DNA from: Hyaloraphidium curvatum SAG 235-1
Taxonomy: Eukaryota; Fungi; Monoblepharomycota
Direction of reading: 5' to 3'
NCBI GenBank assembly: GCA_025558095.1
Contig: JAIVFI010000003.1
Location: 62,001-126,000 of the forward strand
Length of the DNA: 64,000 nt
The translations under genes were made by a program, and so were the position numbers. The notes beneath the pieces are model-generated. The model ran no database searches, was not told where the DNA came from, and worked only from the letters and a program-made list of their open reading frames with translations. This document shows, one piece after another, positions 1 to 12,827 of the stretch (its first letter is position 1; every line of letters begins with the position of its first letter).

Positions 1-3000
1 GGACCTGCCGGCAACAACGACCGCAACGACCGTTAGAAGTCGTCGCAGGGGCGGTAGCGCCACCCGCACGGCTGCTGTGAAGGCCGAGAAGGACAGCCGC
101 AAGCCGGTCGAGATTCTCAAGCCGGCGCTGGTGGAGACAGGCAAAGGGATCAGACCTGCTGCCGTTTTCAAGCCTGGCCAAATGGGAGCATCTGGGGACT
201 CGGTGAGTACTTTTCGCGTGGCCCACTGGTCGCGAGCTTGAGTGATTGATTTCCACGGCCGCCAGACGAACACCAAGGCGAACGTGGGCTCCAAGAAGAC
301 CGGCAAACAAGCGGCGTCGAACAAGTTCTTCCAAAAGCTGAAGAGCGGGGTTGACATCCCTGTTGTCGGCAAGGTGACCCTGGCTGTCCCGGCGCGCTCA
401 CGGGCACCGAACTAACAGTCCACCAGGGCATCCTGCTCGGGAAGGTCGACCGGAACAAGATGTTTGCGCTCGCAAAGGAGGCATGGATGGCGGCTCCGAA
501 GAACAACCAGTGCCCTCCCGGCCAAGAACCCTTTGGTTCCTTGGAGAATGGAGGCTTCTGCTGCGCGGGCCGCGTGTCGGCCGACGGGAAACGGTGCGAC
601 GGTTCCTTCTGCGGCTTTCCAATCACCCCGAGGCCGGCCGGTGCCAAATGGAGCTACTGCTTGGGAATGACGCGGATCAGCTGTCCTGCGGGGTATTCGG
701 CCTACGCAGGTACGTTCCTTTCGAGGCAACACACCATGACCTGCTCACGCGCTCGCACTTGCAGATTTCGAGGGCGGAATGTGCTGCAGAGGGAAGATTC
801 GCAACAGCGGCACGACCTGCGAGGGGAAAGCTTGTCGGCCGACGGCGGTGAGCACATTTCTTTCGCGTGGTCAACGAAGTGTCTCATTCGCTCTGATCTC
901 TGCCTTTGCAGAACAACCGGAACTCGGCTGAGCCGACCTGCAACTACGCCGACGCCTCGGATCTCGAGTCGGGAGCGGATTCGCTGGGCACCGTGTTCTC
1001 GTCGCTCCAGCGCGGCGAAAGGACTTCTTCCGGGACGAACTCGAGCTTCGGCCCTATTGATCCGAAGCTGATCACCAACTACGTCTGCCCTTCGGGATCC
1101 GTTCCTTTCGGAAGCGAGACCCGCGGCGGCTTTTGCTGCAGCGGACAGGTTACTGTCGATCGCCTCAAGTGCGTCGGTGGTTCGGTCTGTGCCTTCCCTA
1201 GCAACGGCAAAGCTACGGACACGGGCATCTGTGCGGGTGGCTCTCGCTACACCTGCCCCGTGGGTTCCATCCCGTACGACGACATTGGTGGCGGTTTCTG
1301 CTGCTTTGGCAGCCTCGACCGAAAGCGAGAATGCAGCGGCACTTTCTGTGCTTTCCCCACGAACCCTGCGCCCCGCGGCGTTGCTATCTGCTCGGGCATC
1401 ATCACCAGGGACACGAGCGTGTTGCGGGATCCGTCGGCGACTTCTTTTTCGGCCGTGCAGCACGCTCTTGGGCCGACGACTCCGGACTCCGTCTCTGTCT
1501 CTCCTTTTGACCGGGGCGACATCTCTCTCCGCTGTTCCGGAATCACGGCGGACTTCAGCAGGCGCGTCAGCGTCCGCGTTCCCGGGATCAAGCTTTCTTG
1601 GAATCGGGCCCGCCCGGTGACTAGTTTGCTGCTCGGCGAGGCCGACTTTGATCTGCCGCAGGAGATGGGCAAGCTGCCGGAGATTGCGCACATCCACCAC
1701 GTCGCCATCGACTTTGATCCTCTCCCGAAGCTCGACACGGGACGGGTCATCGCCTCGATTTCGGACATCTCGTTGGACGATGATTTCCAGCTAGTCAATG
1801 TGACCGGGACTGTGTCCTACGACTCGGGAGTGGGCACGTCCTTCGACCTGGCGGGGAGCGGTCTTCTTCCGGTTTTCCGCGGGGGCATCGGCTTCAACAT
1901 GCCTCTCATCTCGGACGCCGACCTCCTGCCGCTCGTCTTCGCGACGCAGCAGCGAATGGTCACCGTCGGATCGTTCCTGTCTGACGTCAAGGCCGATGGC
2001 ATGGTGAAGGATCTGCCGCCGATTCCTCTGCTCGGCGGCAGCGTGCAGGACTTGATGGCCGTGCAGGTCAAGGAGGTCGTCATCACCTTCTGCAAAGCAG
2101 GCGCGGCAGATTGCTCGACACGCCTCGCCGTCAACGCGCTCATCCCCGCCAACATGTCGTCCTTTGACGGCGGAATGCTGCCCATCTCGTTGGACTCGCC
2201 CAAGGCTCAAATTGGAATCGTTGATCCGTTCCTCAAGGCTCGCCGAATCGACGCCAGGGTGATCGGCCGGTGGACGGTCGCGGGGGTACCCCTCACCCTG
2301 ACCGTGCTTCGAGCCCCCTCGAACGCCTCTATCGACCTGACGGACTTTTCGAGCATGTCCGAGGGGGACGCACGACTACGGCGCCGCGGCACGGTGGACC
2401 AAGAGTGGGAACTTCAGGATGTCGACGACGTCGAGGACTTCGATGCCGATCCCGAGGACGATAACGTGCCCAGTGACCTGTTTTCCCCTGATTCCTGGGT
2501 CTGGTTTCCGGACGCGGACCACCTCTCGAACCGCTTCTCGTTCTTCGACCTGCCTCTTGCGCACGTCAACCATCACATCTACGTGCGAGGCGCTTCGCCT
2601 GACGGTTTCGCAACAAACGCGAGACTTGGCCGGCGACAGGAGCAGGCGGAGGCCGCTGCGAAGCCGAAGCCGTCGACCGCCCGCGGCCGGAAGAAGAAAC
2701 CGTCGCCGAGTCGTGCCAAGTCCCCCAAACGGAAGCCTGCCCTCCGAGCTCCCCGTGGAATTGCCGGGAAATGGCTTGTTTCGGCCCAGGGCCCGACGAT
2801 GGAACTGGACAGGCTCCTGGCCGCTTTCTCTGCCGACGTCTTTCCTACTGGTGAGCTGCCTCTATCATCGCTGACCACCGCCTGACTCTGACATGGCTTT
2901 CAGGTCCAATTGCGTCCGTCATCGATACAGCGGGATTCAAATCGCTGGTGATTGACAACGTGACCTTAACCGTCATCCTGGAGCAGAACGAGGCGTCAGT

Positions 3001-6000
3001 TCGTTTCGTTGGCCCGACGAAGATACTGCCGAACGCGACCGCGCAAGTTGTGGTCACCAGGCAGCGTGGTGGATCCTTCTCGGGCTTGATGGCTCTGGCG
3101 ATGGACGGCGAGCTCTATCCTGCCGTGCTTGGGAGATTGGTTCCTGGCTTTGTCATTCGGGACGTGGATCTTGTTGCTGCGGGCCAGACGGTTTGTCGTG
3201 TGCGGTTCCGCGCCTCCCTTGGCTAATCGTTTCTCCTTCTCCTCAGATGGCGGTTCTCATCTCGAACAAGGAGCTCGTCCTGACCAACACCCCCTTGGCT
3301 CTTGACCCACCTCTGGATTTGGTCATGGCGGTCAAGAAGGGACTCGAGCTCAACGTCCGGATGCGCTTGCCGCGCGACTGCCTCGGGAAGCCTTTCTGCG
3401 AGGTCATGAAGACGCTCCTCGGAGACAGCACGCCGCTCCAGGTCAGCACGGTGGTGAATCCTCCCGACGTCACCCTGTCGGCTTCCGTTGCGGACATTCG
3501 GATCACCAACGGGCTCGTGCTCAAGGGCGTGCGGTTCTCGGCGTCGTACCCCAAGTCGCGCGTCATGCTTTCGGGGAGCCTGCAGATCACGGTCGACAAG
3601 GGCCGGCCTGCCTTGCTGCTCGACGCTAGCATCGAAATCAGAGGTTCGGGGGTGATTCTGGGAGCAACGTTGCCGGGCAGTTGGGACAATGCTTTCGGGC
3701 TGGACCGCATGGCGGTCGGCAACATCCTGCTCGACGTCGGGATCAACGCCGCTCTGGGGGCCCCGTACATCATCATCGGGGGCGACGCGGCCTTCGGAAA
3801 GAAGTGCATCGGCTCCTCCGGGCAATTTGACCTCGGCAGCTCCTGCTTCGGCGGACCGATGTGAGTTTTGTGCTGGACGTGGAAGACTTGGCCTCACCAT
3901 GCCGTTCCACCAGCTATATCTCCGTGTTTCCGACCGATCCCAAGTTGAATTGGTGCGCGCCGGCGACTCGAATGCAGTCGATTTCATTGCTCATCGGGTC
4001 CCACAGGTTTGCCGGCGAGATCAGCAACCTCGACCTGAAGCGCATCATCACGGCCTTCGCCGACTACGTGCCGACGCAGAAAGACATTCCCGCTCCCGTC
4101 CTCAACGCCGTGTTCCCCGGCAAGGTCACCGTCTCGTACTGCCCGTCTGGCGAATGCTCGGTGCCCGGCAAAGCCTACCCGCAAGGACTCTGTGGGTGCC
4201 GACGCGCGCTCTCGACTCTGATGCCGTTGCTGATGGCTCGCTCCCGCAAATCCTTCTGCAGACTTGACGGGGTATGTTTTGGCAGCTGTCGATGAGGTTC
4301 GACGTTTCTGACCATGCTCTCCCGCAGTTCCCTGGGCATTTTCGACGCGCACGCGCAAACCGACATCCAGGTCGTGCCCGGCAAGAGCATCAAGATCGGC
4401 GTCGACATGAGCTCCCTCACACTCGCCGACGGCCTCATCCGCGCCTTCTTCAGCAAGTCGGACCGGACCCGCGGACCGAGATTCCTCCTGGAGCTCGAGT
4501 ACGACACCATTTCGCCCATGTCGGTCAAGCTCGACTGCTACGTCAAGGTTCTCGTGTTCGAGACCAAGGCCGAGATCACGATCTCGCCAAAGGTTCGCCG
4601 CGGAACCCGTCCAGCCCCGTGCTGAGCTGACGAACCTTAACTGCGCAGCGCTATTTGGTCGCCTTCAATGCGCAGTACTACAGCGTGACGGCCTCGTTCA
4701 TCTTCGAGGCCAGCGTCGGCGCCCGCCTCGGTGGGTCCCATTCTCGCCCAGTTTTCTTGGCGCGCCTGATGTCGTTTTCCACAGACTTCGTCGTCTCCGC
4801 CGGCTTCGACATGACCACCTTCCAGCCCTTTGTCGACGCCGTCTCGGCCGCCGCCGCGCGCTGGGCCTCCCAGGGCGCGGAGCGCCACCGCGCCGTCAAG
4901 TCCCGCGCCGACGCCGCCCGCCGCGACCTCCTCGCGCGCCGCGAGGCCGCGTGCGACTGGAGGGAGAAGTGCAAGGTCGACGCGCAGGACGTGGAGTGCG
5001 GGGAGGAGTCGGGCGGCGTCCAGCGGAGGTCCGAGGGCGGGGAGGAGGGAGGGGCGGCGAGGCTGGGGAGGAGGCTGGAGGACTTTGGCAAGTGGCTCAA
5101 CGGCAAGTTCGTCGATGCGCAGAGCCAGCCGCGCCGCGTCAAGGGCGGGAACACGGTGACGGATCGCGTCAAGAAGGGCTCGTGCAAGGGCTACATGTTC
5201 TCTTCGGGTGGGTTCTTTGTTGGATCCTGATTCGCGGGCTCTCTGACACCCGCCGCAGGCTCGATTATCGACGTCGAGTGCCAATCCCGCTGCGCCGCCG
5301 CCCAGGGCGGCATCGACCTCGCCTCGGCGGCCCTGGCGTCGGCCAACGCGGAGCTGGCGGACCTGCCCGAGGAGCTGGGCTCGGCGTCAACCATCGAGAA
5401 CTGGATGGGCGACAAGCTGGCGTCGCTGGTCAGGTTCCGCGCCGCGGGTTTCGGTCGGTGCCCGTTCGTCCCGCGGCGGTCCAATGGCTGACCTCGTTGT
5501 TCCTCAGCCGCCAACGTCGACGCCACGTTCAAGGCCGGCATGATGGCCGGCGTGGTTCCCATCCGGTTCAACGCCACCATCTTCGGCGACTCTGTCGAGG
5601 CCGACTTTCTGTTCAACTTCAACGACGTCCCCGCGACCGCGGCCTCCTTCTTCGACATCCACGTCAAATCCCGCGCCGCGCGCGCCGCGGCCGCCGTGCG
5701 CCTCGCGGAGCGGGACCTGGCGCGCGTGGACGCCTTCGACTACGGGCACTTCCGCCTCGTGCGGCGCAACCCCGAGGGGGGCGAGACGTTCGACCGCGAC
5801 ACCCGGATCGCGGGGCTGCCGGAGCTCGAGGAGCTGCACGTGCTCGAGGAGAGGCAGGAGGCGGCGTCGGCGACGAGCCGGCGGCGGAGGGGATCGAGGA
5901 AGAGCGGGTCGAGGTCCGGCCGGCGCACGCGCAGCGGGACCAGGACGGGCGGCCGCAGGGGCAAGGCCACGGGGTCGACGGACGATCCCGGTGCGGCGAT

Positions 6001-7066
6001 CGGGCAGCGCATCCCGGCGCGGTACCTCCCCGTCGTCGCCCCCGCGGCCGGCCCGCTCCCGGGCACCGAGGGCGGGGAGGACAACGACTTCCGGATCAGG
6101 TTCTCGGACGAGCTCTACCTGAGCTGCCCCACGGCCATCGGCGCCCTGTCGCGGCGGGCGGCCGTGTGCGGGCTGAGGCCCAAGGACAGGGCGACGGTGT
6201 TCACGGCGTGGGCGGAGCCGTCGGGGCATTCGTTCAGGGTCAACAACAACCTCTGCCTCTCGGTCGCGGCGCGGGGCAACGCGGTGCTGGCCGCGTGCCT
6301 CCCCGATCTGCCCAACGGGGTGTGGAGGTTCGACAACGCGACGGGGCAGCTTTCTGCCCGCGGGGCGGGGGTGCCGCTGCCGCCGGCCGACGGCGGGCCG
6401 GTGTCGGTCATGGACGTCGTGGTCGCCTCGGCGCCGTGGGACGGGCTGTGCCTTTCCGCGACCAGGCGGAACCGCGCGCGGATGGCCAGGTGCTGGGATC
6501 CCGAGCGTGCCGAGGCGCGGGACCCGCGGGCGCAGAGGTTCGAGCTGCGGGTCAATGCCGAGGCGATCAACGTCGGGGACAGGGTCACGCTGCAATCGGA
6601 GGGCGTGCTGGCGCCGTCGTACCTTTCCGCGGGGGAGGACGGCGCGGTGAAGCTCGCTCAGGGCGGGCTGAGGGAGCAGGCGGGCGACGGGTCGGCCGCG
6701 TTCCGGGTCGTCGATCCGATCTGCGGGGCCAACTACCACGTCTCGCTCGAGAGCGTGGACAGGCCCGGGTTCTTCCTCGCCGCGGATCCGGCCAACGCGG
6801 GCGGCGTGGTGCTCACGGACTCGCTGCGGTCCAAGACCGAGGCGTGCTGGCTGCCCACACCCGGGCCCGCGCGGCCCGAGTTCGGCTCGGGGTGCCCGGG
6901 GATCACGTTCGCGCTGCATTCGAGGAGCAGGAGGGGGAGGTACCTCGCCGCCTCGGCGGACGGCGTGGTGCTGAGCGGGGAGGACCGCGGGATGCTGACG
7001 TGCTGGAGGCCGGTGCCGCCGAGGGGGGCGCCTTCGGCGATGCGGCCCAAGGGAAGGGGCGGCTGA
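1..7066 (+). CDS. Large multi-exon protein (5' partial): four Cys-rich repeats, long beta-rich region, helical segment, ricin-B-like lectin and AbfB/CBM42-like beta-trefoil
   Basis: Frame is open from base 2 to a GTGAGT donor at ~203. Successive ORFs (460, 906, 2948, 3193, 3861, 4314, 4655, 5540) are joined by short GT..AG introns (e.g. ~710-763, ~848-910, ~2851-2903). Repeats follow CPxGxxP[FY]..GGFCCxG..C.G..C.FP. C-terminal motifs NLCLSV..NAVLAAC..WRFDNATGQL and VSLESVDRPGFFL. Exon boundaries only partly resolved. Confidence 0.7.
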
Positions 7067-7726
7067 GGAGGGGAAGCCCACGCCGGTGGGGTGGCTTCGG
7101 GTTTGGACTCAAGTGGCTGGGGCTCGGTGCCAGGGGGTCGTTCCGCCTCTATACGCGGCCTCGGAGAGCCGCACCGTATGTATCGCACGGTCGCCAATGC
7201 TAGAAGAGCGTGTTTCTCGTTCAAGTCTGGTCGTCTTGACCCGAGGTGGTCTGTGCATTGCCAAGGTGGGCGTCCAAGCTTCAATGGCGCTCGGGCCAGT
7301 GGGGAAGCGGCACGTGAAGAGTCGGAGTTCGCTGCGGTGCGGCCGCGCGTCCTCGGCGCGTCCCCAGCAGGCGAAGGCAGCGGACATCGCACATGATCGT
7401 GTGCCACCGTGCGCCGTTCAGGATCCGTGCATTTTTCCACGTCCGACGGAACATCTCACAGAGCAGAAGCCGCCCTTTTTTTTCGAGCCTGCCGCCACGA
7501 GACCAGGGCACCGTCAGCCACCTGCCGATTCCTCCCATCAGCTGGACCCCCGGCCGACGACCTCGAAAACGCACTCTCCGGCTCCTAAACGCCCGGGCTG
7601 CATTCCCTAGAAAGGCCCGACTCGCGCCCGGCGGGCCCGGCGCGGGTTCCGGGCGGCGCTGCGTGGTGCGTCCGGCCGCCCCGTTCCGGCCGACGCGTCT
7701 CACCTCGCCCCCGCAGGCACGGCGAA

Positions 7727-9581
7727 ATGCCGCACGCGGCCGACGTGGCGGACGGCACGGCCGGCCCGCCCGACGGCTCTCAGCACGGCGGCGCGCGGGG
7801 GCGCGCGCACGGCGCGGGGCCGCCGCCGCCGCTCCCCGCAACGCCGCCGGCGCGCGCCCGCCCGATGCCGCCCACGCCCGCGTCGCCCGACCCGCCCGAT
7901 CGCGATCGGCACTGTCCCCACGCGGCGCTCCTCCTGCCCGGCGGCGGCGGCCCCGCGGGGTCGCCCGGGACGCCGGCCGCCCGCTCCCTCCCGCGCTTCC
8001 CGCCGACGCCACCCCCGGCCACGCCGCTCCTGGTCTCCTCCTCGTCCGGCGAATCCCTCGCCGAAAACGCAAACGAACTCTCCGACGGCGCCCCCCGCAA
8101 GCGCAGGCCCGGCAGGCCGACCTACGCCGACACCTCGGACTCGGACGCCGAGTTCGAGGGCCACCAGCGCGACCAGCGCACGCGGAGGTTCCCATGCAAG
8201 TTCAAGGACGAGAGCGGGGTCGTCTGCACCAAGGACTTTGCGCGCATCGTGGGTGTCGCAGGAGATCCGATGCAGCTGTCATCTGTCAGCTGTCAGACGT
8301 CAACCTGCGCGTGCTGACCGCCCTTTCCCCCGGCAGGCCGAACTGAACCGGCACATGAAGATCCACAACAAGATCCGGGAACATGTCTGCCACATCTGCG
8401 GCAAGGACTTTGTGCAGGTGGGCGTCGGGTTGGTGCCGCGAGCCGAGACCTCATGCTGATCTGCTCTGGTTCCCTCCGCAGAAAGGGGCGCTCCAGGTGC
8501 ACATCCGCACCCACACGGGCGAAAAGCCGTACAAGTGCACCATATGCAGCACACGCTTCGTCGACGTGGGTACCTTCCTCTGCCCTTTGGCCCCAGCCCT
8601 CGTCGCCGAGATCTGACTTGCCTCCGCATCCCTTCCCCACAGAGCTCCTCGATGCGCCGCCACGAGCGCTCGCACGTCCAAGAGACCCCGCACGCATGCA
8701 ACCTCTGCTCCCGCGCCTTCACCCGCAAGCAGTCCCTCCGCAAGCACCTCGCCCGCGCGCACGGGATCACCGACGAGTCCGGTGTCCGCGCGGCGTCGGC
8801 CCCGGCGCAGCCGCGCAGGCCGTACAAGAAGGCCAGGAAGGCGGACAGCAGCGACGAGTACGAGGAGGAGGACTCGCCCAGCCCCGAGCCCGTGATCGAG
8901 TGGGGCGAGGAGGAGGCGCCGACGGCGGAGCAGACCAGCCGGGAGGAGACGCCGACCCCGGCGCCCACGGGCGGCAAGGCCCGCCGCTTCGTCACCCCGC
9001 CCCCGACCATCAAGATCGAGGACGCCGACGACAACGACATGCACGACGGCCCGAGCGACCTAGAACCCGAGCTCTTCCCCGCCCCGGTCTTCTTCGCCCC
9101 GACCGTCCCCGCGCCCCAACAGCCAGCCGGCCAGCACCTCTTCCCCAGCACCACCCTCCCCCACCCCACCCCCACCCCCCTCGCCACCCCCCTCCGCAGC
9201 CAGCTCGCCGCCGAGCTCGCGCTGGCCTCGGAATCCGAGCTCCTCTCCGTCGCCGTGCTCTCCCCGCAGCGCACGCCGGGGTACCACCGCGCGGCGTACG
9301 ACCCCGCGCCCGCCGAGCGGGAGCTGGGCAGGCTGATGTCCGCCAGCGACGGGGGGCTCGGGGGGCCGGGGCCGCACAGGCGCGTGCCCCGCGCGGTGCT
9401 GTTCGGCGGCGGCCGCGGGGCGGAGCAGTTGGGGACAGTGAGCCCCAGGCGGATCCTGCCCGTAGGGGGCAGGCCGGCGTCGGCGGATTTCGTCGCGGCC
9501 GAGGGGGGGTGGTGGAACCCGGCGGAGGCCGTTTCGCAGTTCGGGTTCGCCGTCGATTCGCTCAGGAGCGCCTCGCGGTGA
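7727..9581 (+). CDS. C2H2 zinc-finger transcription factor (4 fingers)
   Basis: Introns 8249-8336, 8418-8481 and 8566-8642 splice [23 protein letters not shown] / [51 protein letters not shown] / [24 protein letters not shown]. Confidence 0.9.
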
Positions 9582-10565
9582 TCCTACCGCGGCGAACGAC
9601 ACCATCATGCACAGATCCTCGGGACGGATCGGAAACTGTACAACAGCACCGCCGGCATCTTCATCGGACTGCGTCGGACTATGTCTCCACGGCTCCGCAC
9701 ACTTCTTCGGCCTTGATCTTCACCCTTCATCTTTCGACCGCTTCGACATCTTCCTTCGACCACCATCGATTGGCATCGATTCCCTGGGACGCCACGATTT
9801 CATGTAGATACTCCGCACAGGCACGAACAATGTAGAGCATCACGGGCCGAGAGCGGCCCGAATATCACGACATCCACCGGCATCCGATCCCGATCCCAAT
9901 CTTCTCCATATGTCTGTTTCTTTTGTCTTGCATGGCGCGGCGCCGGCTGAGTCGGGATCGGCGGTGCATCAGCTGGCAAGCGAGGACATCCCGCCGGTCG
10001 ACGCAAGCCGCCGGCCGGGGGAGGATGAAGCGCGGGGCAGTTCGGTCCGTTCGAACGGGCGGGACGCCGGCTCGGAGGTGGTAGGACGGGGAGAGGGGGA
10101 TGCGGCGAGGGGGGACGGTGCCGCCGTCTCGTCCGCATCTGCCGCCGATTCCGGCAATCCAGAAGGTCTAAGTTGTCGGTGCCGTCGTCGGCGACGCGCG
10201 TGGGGTGCAGTTGTCGGCGCGCGCCCTCTGGGTGGGTTTGCGGCGTATCACGTTCGACCTTGCCTAGGAACACGGTTGCGGGTTCCAATCCGCACCCCGG
10301 GACCCTCCGCTTGCTGTACGAGTTTGCTGGACACCGTAGACCTCCAGGGACCCTCACCATGCCAGTGCTTTTGGCCTAGCATTGTTTTTCGGCTTGCTGT
10401 AGGTGGGCGCTCGCGGGCCGTGGAAGCGTTTTCGACAGCCACCTCAACGACACAACGGAAGTGAGCCCGATCAATTTTCCATTCTCTCGGAGCCCTACTG
10501 GAGGGGGTGGACTTCTTCCCAACAACAGCGGCTTCGGAACGGCGCAACCGCAACCCCGCTTGTTG

Positions 10566-10865
10566 ACCACCCACGCGGGGCTTTCGACGTCAAAGATAGC
10601 GGGTCAAGAATGACACACAGGCACTCAGACTTCATTTTCGTAGTCAATACGCTGTTACAGTCGCCGCAACGCGACGTCGCGCGCTGGCGTCGTCGCGGCC
10701 CGCCGTGGGGGATCAGCGCGCCAGAGATGCCATGGTCGTCCCGTCTTGCCCCAGCGACCACTTCGTCGGGTATGAGAACGGCACCCGGAGCTGTCGGCGG
10801 GCGTCCTCGCGCCCCGACGGGCTCGTGGTTCGGCGACGCCTTCGTGTCAACAATGCGAAGGGCTT
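10566..10865 (+). repeat. Copy 1 of a ~300-bp non-coding element, upstream of the ABC ATPase gene
   Basis: Reverse-complement match to 14877-15175, e.g. TCGTCGCGGCCCGCCGTGGGGGATCAG and GTCAACAATGCGAAGGGCTT are identical. Confidence 0.9.
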
Positions 10866-10937
10866 GCGCATCGGTCAGCGGCGTTCTCAATCGCCTCCTT
10901 AGCTCACCTCTGTCGTAGGAGGCTACCACAGGACGCG

Positions 10938-12794
10938 ATGCTATCCAACCGAACGGCGACGCGTCTGGCGGCCCGCCTGCGGCCCCGCCACATGTCGCTG
11001 TCTCCCGCCGACGCCCCCCAAACATCGTCCCTCGCGGTCATAAAGGGCGTGTCCCTGGCCGGCAAGCCTTTCGTAGACGAGCTCCGCATTAATGCCGGAG
11101 AGCACTGGCTTGTTGCGGGCCCCGCTGGTTCGGGCAAGTCGCTCCTGGCGGGCCTCCTCGCCGGCCTGCGCGGCCCGCTCGACCCGGTGCGGTACGCCGC
11201 CTCGCCCGACGCCCCAACCGAGGGCAACAAGGGCACTCTGTACCTCGACCCGCGGCTGTCGACGCGGCTGCTCGACTTCCGCGAGGAATCGGACGCGTTC
11301 AGCTACGCCGGGCACTACTTGCAGGAGCGATTCGAGTCGCTCTCGTTGGACGGCGACAACCTGGTTCGGCGCGGCGGCCGCGGCGAGCTCGACCTTTTCG
11401 GTTTTCTGCTCACCGCCCTGGACGGCCCGCCGGGCTCGCCCGAACCGACTGCCGAAGAGGCCGCCCGCCGCGACGCCGCCGCTCTGGCCATGATGGACCG
11501 CGTCGCCCTGCCGCGCTCCAAAGCCGGCCTGCTCTTCATGAAGCTCTCCAACGGACAGTCCCGCCGGGCACGGATCGGCCGGATGCTGCTGCAGCTCGAG
11601 GAGGGCGCCTCCCCCGCCGTGCGCCGCGAAGCCGCCCCCTCGCTGCTCCTTCTGGACGAGCCATACGTCGGCCTGGACCGGTGGTCCCGCGTGCGGGTTG
11701 GCGACCTCGTCCGGGACCTGGCCTCGCGAACAGCCGATTTGGGCGTCGCCATGTTCACCCGCGACCCGCGTGGACCAGCCGTCGACGGCGAAGGGCCCGT
11801 GCCGGAGTGGATAACCCACGTCGCGGAGCTTCACCCGTCCCCGCACCCGCACCTCGCATGGTCCGGCCCCCGCGCCGAGTTCGAGAAGCGTCTGACGGCC
11901 AAGGCATCGTCCGTGCACCGCAGCGCAGCCGTCCCCATCCCGGCTACCTCCCCCGCGGAACCGTACATCTCCCTCCGCGGGATCCGCATCGCCTACCCCT
12001 CAAAAGCGGGCACCACTGCTCCGCCCGTGGTCAGCAACCTCACGTGGCACCTCGCCCGCGGCGAAAAATGGGCGCTGCTGGGCCCCAACGGCAGTGGCAA
12101 GAGCACACTACTTTCCCTCCTCACGGCGGACCACCCGCAGTCCTACTCCAACGACGTCGTGCTTTTCGGCCGCCCCAGGAAGGGCATGTCGATATGGGAG
12201 GTCAAGAAGCGGGTGGGCTACACGAGCCCCGAGCTGCTCCTGTACCTGCCCAACCTGCTTGGGAGGCGCGCAGTTGGGGAGGGCGCCACGCTGGGCGACG
12301 TGTTCCGCAGCGCGTGGGAGCGCGACCCCACCGATCCTCCCCCCGCTTCGGCGCGGCCCGCGGTGGACGCCGAGATCGACCTCATCGCACGCCCGTTCGC
12401 GGTCCGCGGACTGCTGCCTCCAAACTCGACCCCGTTCGCCCGCCTCTCGACGACGCAGCAGCGCCTCGCCCTCTTCCTACGGAGCTTCATGGGCTCCCCT
12501 GACCTGGTCGTGCTGGACGAGCCGTGGCAGGGCATGGACGCCTCGGCCGTGGCGCTGTGTCGCGGGTGGGTGGACTGGTGGGCCGGGATCGAAGGCGCGG
12601 CGCAGGGCGAGGGGCTGCCCGAGGGGCTGAGGGGCAAGGGGAGGGATGTGGCGGTGATCTTCACCACGCACGATTGGGAGAGGGAGCTTCCCGCTTGCGT
12701 GACCAAGCTGTGCTGGCTGAAGATGGTGGAGACCCCTGAGGGCGAGGAGGTCAACGACGGGTGCACGCTCGAGGAGATCACTTCGGCACGGTGA
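10938..12794 (+). CDS. ModF/YDR061W-like soluble tandem ABC ATPase, probably mitochondrial
   Basis: 618 aa. Two NBDs: GPAGSGKS..LSNGQSRR..LLLLDEP and GPNGSGKS..LSTTQQR..LVVLDEP..H. No TM domain. Arg-rich, acid-free N-terminus (MLSNRTATRLAARLRPRH). Confidence 0.88.
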   Translation: MLSNRTATRLAARLRPRHMSLSPADAPQTSSLAVIKGVSLAGKPFVDELRINAGEHWLVAGPAGSGKSLLAGLLAGLRGPLDPVRYAASPDAPTEGNKGTLYLDPRLSTRLLDFREESDAFSYAGHYLQERFESLSLDGDNLVRRGGRGELDLFGFLLTALDGPPGSPEPTAEEAARRDAAALAMMDRVALPRSKAGLLFMKLSNGQSRRARIGRMLLQLEEGASPAVRREAAPSLLLLDEPYVGLDRWSRVRVGDLVRDLASRTADLGVAMFTRDPRGPAVDGEGPVPEWITHVAELHPSPHPHLAWSGPRAEFEKRLTAKASSVHRSAAVPIPATSPAEPYISLRGIRIAYPSKAGTTAPPVVSNLTWHLARGEKWALLGPNGSGKSTLLSLLTADHPQSYSNDVVLFGRPRKGMSIWEVKKRVGYTSPELLLYLPNLLGRRAVGEGATLGDVFRSAWERDPTDPPPASARPAVDAEIDLIARPFAVRGLLPPNSTPFARLSTTQQRLALFLRSFMGSPDLVVLDEPWQGMDASAVALCRGWVDWWAGIEGAAQGEGLPEGLRGKGRDVAVIFTTHDWERELPACVTKLCWLKMVETPEGEEVNDGCTLEEITSAR

Positions 12795-12827
12795 ACAGCT
12801 TCGACAAGAACGCAACAAAAGAGAGAT

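Noticed and set aside
4951-7203. Long Arg/Gly/Pro-rich ORFs (e.g. 750 aa here, 701 aa at 34692, 640 aa at 42453)
   Set aside because: Off-frame or antisense shadows of GC3-rich real genes; no domain motifs.
10760-10865. HDV-like ribozyme in the inverted repeat (GCG-TCCTCG-YGC and GCGAA resemble P3/L3 and J4/2)
   Set aside because: No P1 or P2 pairing is conserved in both copies, and the L3 length is atypical.
10495-11025. Conserved peptide in the inverted repeat (RCGDCNSVLTTK vs RCGHCNSKLTTR)
   Set aside because: Substitutions show no third-position bias, and copy 2 has no start codon after its upstream TAA.
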